From Candidatus Woesearchaeota archaeon (lineage in GTDB: Archaea; Nanobdellota; Nanobdellia; SCGC-AAA011-G17; CAYFGV01), in NCBI GenBank assembly GCA_964342845.1, contig CAYFGV010000001.1, positions 1 to 59,517 on the forward strand: a stretch of DNA of 59,517 bases, given 5' to 3'. Positions 53,555 through 59,517 of the stretch are shown piece by piece. The translations under genes were made by a program, and so were the position numbers. The notes under the pieces were generated by a model. It saw only the letters and a program-made list of their open reading frames with translations, was not told the origin of the DNA and made no database searches. Every line of letters begins with the position of its first letter. Position 1 is the first letter of the stretch.

Positions 53555-54457
53555 TTAAAAAAATACAAGAATAATACTTGCAACTATAACCCCTATAGGA
53601 AGTGCTAAAGATAAATAATTAGCAACAAATTTTTTATTTAATTCTTGTTCAGAAGCAAAAACATAAATAACAGCAGGTGCAGGCAATGTTGCAGCAACAA
53701 TTGTAACAAGCCTCCATAAATCAGTAAAATTAAATATATTTGATACCAAAATACCTAAAATACCTCCAATAATTGTTTTTAAAACAATCGTCATTACAGG
53801 TATTTTCATTGCCTTAAAAGACGGTTCCATAGCAATCCCCAATGTTAACATAATAATTGCAGGAGTAGCAGCACTAAAATAAGATATTAAATTATTTAAG
53901 AATATGAAATTGATATTCAACATATTAAATAATAGTCCCAAAAACATGGCAATAGGTATCGGACAAGTCAATACTTTCATAATTGCATCTTTCATTTGAA
54001 CTTCTCTTAAACCACCATACTTACACGCCCAAAAATAAAGAAGCGTAAAAACAATTATTGTATTTGCTATATCCCATAAAGCTATTGTTGCCAACCCTTC
54101 TTGTTCAAATAAAATAAAAAATAAAGGATATGCAATAAGCCCTCCTTCCATTGAAGAAAAAATTATTGTGAAAGCCCCTCTTAATTTTTTACTCCACCCA
54201 AATATCTTGCCAATAATTATACTAATGAGAAAAAGAGATAAGATTATAATAAACCCACTTAAAGGTAAAAGCAATAATTCTTTTTTTAGTTCTAATTGTA
54301 AAAAAGCACCAAATAATACCGCAGGCAATAACAAGTTTATAATTATTTTATTTAGTATATTCGTATCATCTGTTTTAAATATACCTACTTTTTTTAATAT
54401 ATAGCCTAAGGGAATTATTAGTAAAACAGGAATTAACGTATTTAGTATTACACCCAT
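53555..54457 (-). CDS. AEC (auxin efflux carrier) family transporter
   Basis: About 10 TM. N-terminal ILNTLIPVLLIIPLGYILKKVGIF...LNKIIINLLLPAVLF, typical of AEC/Mem_trans proteins. Confidence 0.8.
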   Translation of the reverse strand: MGVILNTLIPVLLIIPLGYILKKVGIFKTDDTNILNKIIINLLLPAVLFGAFLQLELKKELLLLPLSGFIIILSLFLISIIIGKIFGWSKKLRGAFTIIFSSMEGGLIAYPLFFILFEQEGLATIALWDIANTIIVFTLLYFWACKYGGLREVQMKDAIMKVLTCPIPIAMFLGLLFNMLNINFIFLNNLISYFSAATPAIIMLTLGIAMEPSFKAMKIPVMTIVLKTIIGGILGILVSNIFNFTDLWRLVTIVAATLPAPAVIYVFASEQELNKKFVANYLSLALPIGVIVASIILVFF

Positions 54458-54501
54458 AAAAAGGAGTCCAACATATTATATATAAACCTTTTTATCAATC
54501 A

Positions 54502-54810
54502 TCAAACCAAACCAAAAACCTCACAATAACTTTGAAGTCTTTTCAAAGATTCTCTCTCTTCACCTTCATTAATTTCAACAACTAATCCATCCTCTTTTTT
54601 AAAAAGTGAACGATCAAGAAAAATTCTATATAATCCATCTCCCCACACATAAGCAAGGGACAATAAACCAATTGCAGCCAAAGTAGGAGGATCCTTGGGT
54701 TCATAAATTCTATCAACCAAACCAATAGCACCATAAAAACCAGCTATTTCAGAAAGCCCAACATAAAAATTGGATCTGTTTAATTTTCCTTTAATATCTT
54801 CTAACCCCAT
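54502..54810 (-). CDS. hypothetical membrane protein
   Basis: 102-aa ORF with two hydrophobic segments. Confidence 0.4.
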   Translation of the reverse strand: MGLEDIKGKLNRSNFYVGLSEIAGFYGAIGLVDRIYEPKDPPTLAAIGLLSLAYVWGDGLYRIFLDRSLFKKEDGLVVEINEGEERESLKRLQSYCEVFGLV

Positions 54811-54865
54811 AAAGAACAGAATTAAATACTGCTTAATAAATTTTTCTCAAAAAAAATAAAAAAAA

Positions 54866-55531
54866 TTAAAAGTTTTTCTTTAGCTTATTAAACCATTCTT
54901 TTGAACCACCTTTAGCACTTAAACCAAATCCAAGACCTATAGCAAGTGCAATACCTAAAGCAAGTCCACCAATTAGTATCAAGAAAGTATTCTCTAAAAT
55001 ACTAATATCAATGCCTATTTGGCTCAAAGCAACAACAATAATCATAATTACTATAACTGCTTTAACCAGCCACACTAAAGAATAAAGACCTTTTGATTTT
55101 GTATGCTCTTTAATCACAATCTCAACATAATGTGCAACCATTAGCCCAAATATCATCACTAAAACAGCAGCAATTACATTAGGTAGCCACAACACAAATT
55201 GTGTCAACAAATCACTTAAAGTCCCTAGTTGTAATAAATCAACTGCAGCTTGTAAAAATATTATAAATACATACCACTTTGTAATCTCACCAAAAACAGC
55301 TGGCAAATGCACATGCCCCATCACTTTCATTATCTTAGCTTCTTTTGCTTTAGCATCTAATTTTAGCTTTTCTAATGCAACTCTAACAGCATGACCTAAT
55401 ATCCAAGCAATCAAAAAACCAACAACCAACAAAATCAAAGCACCAATAAGCCCAGGAACCAATTGAACAGCACTCAGCCATAATTGTTCTAAAGGACTAA
55501 TCATACTTATTCCAAATTCTCCTAACGTCAA
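54866..55531 (-). CDS. integral membrane protein (conserved-TM-helix / MscS N-terminal-like repeats)
   Basis: Multi-TM ORF. A 9-nt SD GGAGGTGAT (55537-55545) lies 5 nt upstream of an in-frame TTG at 55531. The track GTG at 55540 lies inside the SD. Confidence 0.5.
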   Translation of the reverse strand: MTLGEFGISMISPLEQLWLSAVQLVPGLIGALILLVVGFLIAWILGHAVRVALEKLKLDAKAKEAKIMKVMGHVHLPAVFGEITKWYVFIIFLQAAVDLLQLGTLSDLLTQFVLWLPNVIAAVLVMIFGLMVAHYVEIVIKEHTKSKGLYSLVWLVKAVIVIMIIVVALSQIGIDISILENTFLILIGGLALGIALAIGLGFGLSAKGGSKEWFNKLKKNF

Positions 55532-55685
55532 ACAAATCACCTCCCTTTAAATTTTTAACATACTAATTTATACTTAATTTTTGATTTAAACATTTAAATA
55601 AGTTTCGTTATTTTTTCGTTCAAAATAATATTTAATACACTTCTTAAAAGCAGCCAAACTATTCTCTTTCTAATACCTACAGCCT

Positions 55686-56645
55686 CTATGTCTTATTCTT
55701 AGCATTTTTCAACAACTTTTTAATCTCAGAAATCTTCTCCTTAGCAGCTGTCTCTCCTCTCCCAATAATATATTTAGCCCTTGTAAATTCAAGCTCCTTA
55801 ATATTTTTCAAACTAGGATTAATAACCATATCTATATCTTCTTTAGAAATTCTCCTGGATAATTCATTTATCAACAAATAATTAGATGCCCATGTTATTT
55901 TAAGTAAAGGTGGGAATTTCCCAGTACTATTCTTAATTAGTTTAGCTAATTTAACAGGATTAAATATTAGCTGTAAAATAAGTGGAATCTCAAAAGATTT
56001 CTTTTCAAGATATTTCTCTAGATATTCAACTTCTTGATATAACAAAGAACTCTTAAAAATATTTTCAAATCCTTTAGTCTTTTGGGGAACAGTAGTAAAA
56101 ACCTCTTTGTATGGTTGGAATAAATTAACACCTATAACAACATCAGCTCCCATCTCTCTAACAACACTCCCTGGAACAGGATCAACAACACTCCCATCAA
56201 CTAAAACCAAATTCCTTAATTTAACAGGAACAAACACCCCCGGAATAGAAATACTCGCTCTAATAGCTTTAGCAACATCCCCTTTTTTAAACACAACTTT
56301 ATTTCCTGAGTTCAGATCAACAGCAACCAATCCACAAGATACATTCAAATCTTCAAATCTCTTATTATTTAATAAAACTCTTAAATATTCTTCAATTTTA
56401 TCTCCTTTTAAAAATCCGTCTTTTGGAACAACAAAATCAATTAAATTTTTCCACTTAGTTTTTGTAGCTATTTTCTCTAATTGCTTAACACTCATCCCAG
56501 AAGCATACAATCCAGCAACAACAGCACCAATACTTGTCCCAGAAATATAATCAATCTTTATTTTATGTTTCTCTAAAACTTTTAGTACACCAATATGTGC
56601 TAATCCCTTAACACTTCCACCTCCTAAAGCTAATCCTACTTTCAT
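55686..56645 (-). CDS. patatin-like phospholipase
   Basis: Oxyanion GGGSVKG, nucleophile elbow GTSIGA (GxSxG), catalytic DGS (VDGSVVDPVP). Confidence 0.85.
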   Translation of the reverse strand: MKVGLALGGGSVKGLAHIGVLKVLEKHKIKIDYISGTSIGAVVAGLYASGMSVKQLEKIATKTKWKNLIDFVVPKDGFLKGDKIEEYLRVLLNNKRFEDLNVSCGLVAVDLNSGNKVVFKKGDVAKAIRASISIPGVFVPVKLRNLVLVDGSVVDPVPGSVVREMGADVVIGVNLFQPYKEVFTTVPQKTKGFENIFKSSLLYQEVEYLEKYLEKKSFEIPLILQLIFNPVKLAKLIKNSTGKFPPLLKITWASNYLLINELSRRISKEDIDMVINPSLKNIKELEFTRAKYIIGRGETAAKEKISEIKKLLKNAKNKT

Positions 56646-56648
56646 ATT

Positions 56649-57278
56649 CTAAGGAATAAAATCTCCATCACCCCCTCCTTCATAAACCATCACACTTTCG
56701 TCAGTATCAGCAGTCAAATAATACTCAAATTTTGGACCAATAACTCCTGGAGTAATATCAAAATTATGAACTATACCTCCAATGGACACATCAACCACAT
56801 CTCCTGCAGTAAAAAACCCATCCCCAAAATTCTTTAATTCTAATGGAAATTGAAATATAAATTCATTCCCATTAATATCAACATTAGCTTCTTGTAACGA
56901 ATCAGCTTGAGCACTAAATATTTCATCTAAACTTGAATCAAGGAGCTTAACAGGAGTAGTAGGATCTAGCCAGTTAGCAAGAGTCACAACACCACTTTCA
57001 TCAACATAAACAGTAAGCAAAGCAAAACTAGGATTCTTTAAATGCGCATAATCTAAAAAGTTCTCATTATAAGAATTAACATTATCTTGAACATCAACCT
57101 CTTGCCTCAAAGCATAATTAACAACAGCATTGCTTTCTGTAATATAATTCTTGCTTAAATCAGAAAAATCATAGAATATTTCAGGTTCTTTAATACTATT
57201 TGTCTCTATCACCAACCCATACATTAGCACACTAGCTATAAATATAGCTAAGATATAAAACTGACCTCTTTTATTCAT
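56649..57278 (-). CDS. secreted protein with class III (type IV pilin-like) signal peptide
   Basis: MNKRGQ|FYILAIFIASVLMYGLV: short basic n-region, Gly-Gln, then a hydrophobic helix as in archaeal prepilins. TTTATAAA 23 nt upstream. Confidence 0.5.
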   Translation of the reverse strand: MNKRGQFYILAIFIASVLMYGLVIETNSIKEPEIFYDFSDLSKNYITESNAVVNYALRQEVDVQDNVNSYNENFLDYAHLKNPSFALLTVYVDESGVVTLANWLDPTTPVKLLDSSLDEIFSAQADSLQEANVDINGNEFIFQFPLELKNFGDGFFTAGDVVDVSIGGIVHNFDITPGVIGPKFEYYLTADTDESVMVYEGGGDGDFIP

Positions 57279-57341
57279 CTATAAACTTTAGAATTTTAAT
57301 TTTATAAACCTTTCTTATTTGTAGAATCTTTTATAATAGTA

Positions 57342-57950
57342 TCAATAAGCCAAAAGGTGATTTATAATTTCAATAAATCTTTCATTATCCATAACTCCAA
57401 AATTATAATTGATTGCATCTTCTTGATTAAATTTACCAGGCCTTTCACCAACAAAAGAAGCAAAACGATCACAAAAATCTTGTGTATCAAACCAACTATC
57501 ATCCAAATAAATTGAGTTATCCTCATTACAGTTACTTAAGTGAGCTTCCATAACACCTTTTAACGTTATATGAACAAAATGAGATCCTAATTTATCGTCT
57601 TTATACTTATCAAGAAGTAAATCTAAAGGATAATATGGTTGATCATGAAACCAAGTAATTTCATTAGAAACAAAATCACTTCCTGTATGTTTATTCTTAT
57701 AATGTTCTGGTCCGTCCAAAGTACGATGATAAAAAACATTATTTACTGAATCTAAAGAAGGATAGTAAGATCTAACCAAAAATAAATCAGATCCAATCGG
57801 GCTGACTTCTTTTCCATTTAATTCTAAACCATTATTCTTCAAACAATTATCTATTGCCAAACCTAGCTCAGAAAAAGGCCAATCAACTTCAGCCATACCT
57901 AATTCAGGATTCACAGCATACTTTGGAATTATAATTTTTTCTTTAGACAT
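57342..57950 (-). CDS. hypothetical protein
   Basis: 202-aa ORF. TTTATAAA at 57974-57981, 24 nt upstream. No motif recognised. Confidence 0.45.
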   Translation of the reverse strand: MSKEKIIIPKYAVNPELGMAEVDWPFSELGLAIDNCLKNNGLELNGKEVSPIGSDLFLVRSYYPSLDSVNNVFYHRTLDGPEHYKNKHTGSDFVSNEITWFHDQPYYPLDLLLDKYKDDKLGSHFVHITLKGVMEAHLSNCNEDNSIYLDDSWFDTQDFCDRFASFVGERPGKFNQEDAINYNFGVMDNERFIEIINHLLAY

Positions 57951-58009
57951 ATTAAGAATAGAACAATCACGCCTTTATAAACCTTTCTGAATTAACTACT
58001 CTAGAATAA

Positions 58010-58324
58010 TTACTTCATATAACCCCACAAAGGATATTTTTCCTTAGAATAGGGTGATTCATTCAATAATTCTTCTACTATTCCTTCTTTAACACTCAAT
58101 CTTATGAATGTAGCATATAGCTTATCTTTAACATTATACTGTATCTCATACACACCAGAACTCCAAAACTTTGTATAATTTTCTAAAAAACACTTAAACT
58201 CTTTTTTATTCTTCAAATGTTTTTTTTTAATATGTAAAAACCTCGTTTTATGATATGGAGCTTTATAAGTCTCCCTGACTTTGAGAACTAGCATTGGTTT
58301 AATAAAACTTATTTTAATAGACAT
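58010..58324 (-). CDS. hypothetical protein
   Basis: 104-aa basic ORF downstream of the Rpp30-like gene. It does not resemble Pop5 by eye. Confidence 0.4.
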   Translation of the reverse strand: MSIKISFIKPMLVLKVRETYKAPYHKTRFLHIKKKHLKNKKEFKCFLENYTKFWSSGVYEIQYNVKDKLYATFIRLSVKEGIVEELLNESPYSKEKYPLWGYMK

Positions 58325-58345
58325 ATACTAATACTAAAGAAACTC

Positions 58346-58765
58346 CTATTTAAATCTTTCCCGAAAAACAGAGTTTTTTACCTCTTTCCCATTCATTCCA
58401 AGCACATTTCCAAAAGATTTAAAAACCATCCTATCAGCTTCAAATAAAAACATTCTGACTTTATATTTCCTACATAATCTAACATTTTGCATCATTTTTC
58501 CCAATAAAGCTCCTTTATCCTTAGAGTTTAATAAATCTTTAAAACTAAAACCAATAGCAACATCATTTTCTTTAGCTAATTTACATAAAACTTGATTCAA
58601 CCCTGAATTTCTCTGAAACATAAAATCCCTACCAACAACCTCAGCTCCAACTAAGACATCTACTTTTCGATTAGAAACAATCTTTCTATTAGTTTCCTCA
58701 TTGCCCCCTCTAACAACCACAGCTCCTTTAGCCTTGCCGATTTCCTTTAAATTAACTTCTTCCAT
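58346..58765 (-). CDS. rnp3: RNase P protein component 3 (Rpp30) homolog, N-terminally truncated (139 aa)
   Basis: GLNQVLCKLAKENDVAIGFSFKDLL and LLGKMMQNVRLCRKYKVRMFLF parallel my recollection of Pyrococcus Rpp30 ([48 protein letters not shown]). Confidence 0.6.
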   Translation of the reverse strand: MEEVNLKEIGKAKGAVVVRGGNEETNRKIVSNRKVDVLVGAEVVGRDFMFQRNSGLNQVLCKLAKENDVAIGFSFKDLLNSKDKGALLGKMMQNVRLCRKYKVRMFLFEADRMVFKSFGNVLGMNGKEVKNSVFRERFK

Positions 58766-58844
58766 ATCTTAAAAATAAAAAATAACCTTTAAATATCTTT
58801 TCATAAAGTATTTAAATAAACTAAAAGCATAAAAATCAGAGAAA

Positions 58845-59517
58845 ATGACCCAAACAAATGTTTTACATCATTTAGGAATTATTTTAGATGGTAACAGAAG
58901 ATTCGCAAAAAAACTAATGCTCCAGCCAAGCAAGGGTCATGAACTAGGATACGAAAAAATAAAAAAACTATTTAATTGGTGTAAAGATCTAGACATAAAA
59001 GAATTAACATTATACACATTTTCTATAGAAAATTTCAACAGACCAAAAAAAGAATTCGACTACTTAATGAATCTCTTCAAAAAAGCATTCAAAGAACTAT
59101 TAACAGAAAAGGAACTAAAAAACATAAAAATAGATTTTATAGGAAGAATAAAACTATTTCCAAAAGAGATACAAGAAAGAATAAAAGAACTAAAAGAAAA
59201 AACAAAAAACAACAAACCTTACAAAGTAAACTTTGCCATGGCTTATGGCGGAAGAGCAGAAATAGTAGATGCAACAAAAAAAATAGCACAAGATTTTAAA
59301 GACAATAAAATAAAAGACATAACAGAAGAAACATTCAAAAACTATTTATATTTACAATCAGAACCAGATCTAATAATAAGGACATCAGAAAGAAGATTAA
59401 GTGGTTTTTTACTTTGGCAAAGCTCATACTCAGAAATTTTATTTCTACCAAATAAACTTTGGCCAGAATTTGAAAAACAAGATTTAGTAACTGCAGTACA
59501 AGACTTCAATAATAGAC
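58845..59517 (+). CDS. uppS: cis-prenyltransferase / undecaprenyl-diphosphate synthase (partial, runs off window)
   Basis: HLGIILDGNRRFAKK, LTLYTFSIENFNRP and MAYGGRAEIV motifs. No stop codon before the window end. Confidence 0.9.
   Translation, partial: MTQTNVLHHLGIILDGNRRFAKKLMLQPSKGHELGYEKIKKLFNWCKDLDIKELTLYTFSIENFNRPKKEFDYLMNLFKKAFKELLTEKELKNIKIDFIGRIKLFPKEIQERIKELKEKTKNNKPYKVNFAMAYGGRAEIVDATKKIAQDFKDNKIKDITEETFKNYLYLQSEPDLIIRTSERRLSGFLLWQSSYSEILFLPNKLWPEFEKQDLVTAVQDFNNR

Noticed and set aside
1-59517. Looked for CRISPR arrays, rRNA genes, transposases/integrases, reverse transcriptase (DGR or retron) and terminal inverted repeats.
   Set aside because: None found. There are no regularly spaced direct repeats and no ORF with DDE, tyrosine/serine recombinase or RT motifs. 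The only long nucleotide repeats are the paralog blocks at 46059-46217 and 47816-47974.

Overview
AT-rich (by eye roughly 30% GC), tightly packed archaeal chromosome segment. Archaeal identity rests on the complete L3-to-SecY ribosomal protein cluster (32336-33310 down to 20044, minus strand), which includes the archaea/eukaryote-only L19e, L32e, S4e, aSUI1 and RNase P Rpp29. Further support comes from GatD, an Rpp30 homolog, an intron-containing tRNA-Gly, and TTTATAAA TATA boxes 22-27 nt upstream of most first-gene start codons, which suggests largely leaderless mRNAs. Small gene sizes, truncated housekeeping proteins and large cysteine-rich surface proteins suggest a reduced, possibly DPANN-like episymbiont; this is inference. 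Housekeeping genes include MetRS, TrpRS, GatD, RNase J, S2, CorA, UppS (partial), tRNA-Arg(CCU) and tRNA-Gly(UCC). The most unusual item is a full-length bacterial-type sigma-70 factor gene (39364-40194) with its own archaeal TATA box, sitting between TrpRS and a small PLP-enzyme/unknown gene pair. Other items worth follow-up: a 383-aa stand-alone AlaRS catalytic-core paralog coupled to a SAM methyltransferase; a divergent small-protein/wHTH module present twice in inverted orientation, one copy without a canonical start codon; a wHTH-MNT/HEPN pair plus an Mrr-like nuclease; two tandem beta-helix/Cys-rich surface proteins sharing exact nucleotide blocks; an amidohydrolase plus two ATP-grasp ligases downstream of S2; and a 33-codon ORF that exactly fills the L30-L15 gap. 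I saw no CRISPR array, rRNA, transposase or integrase.
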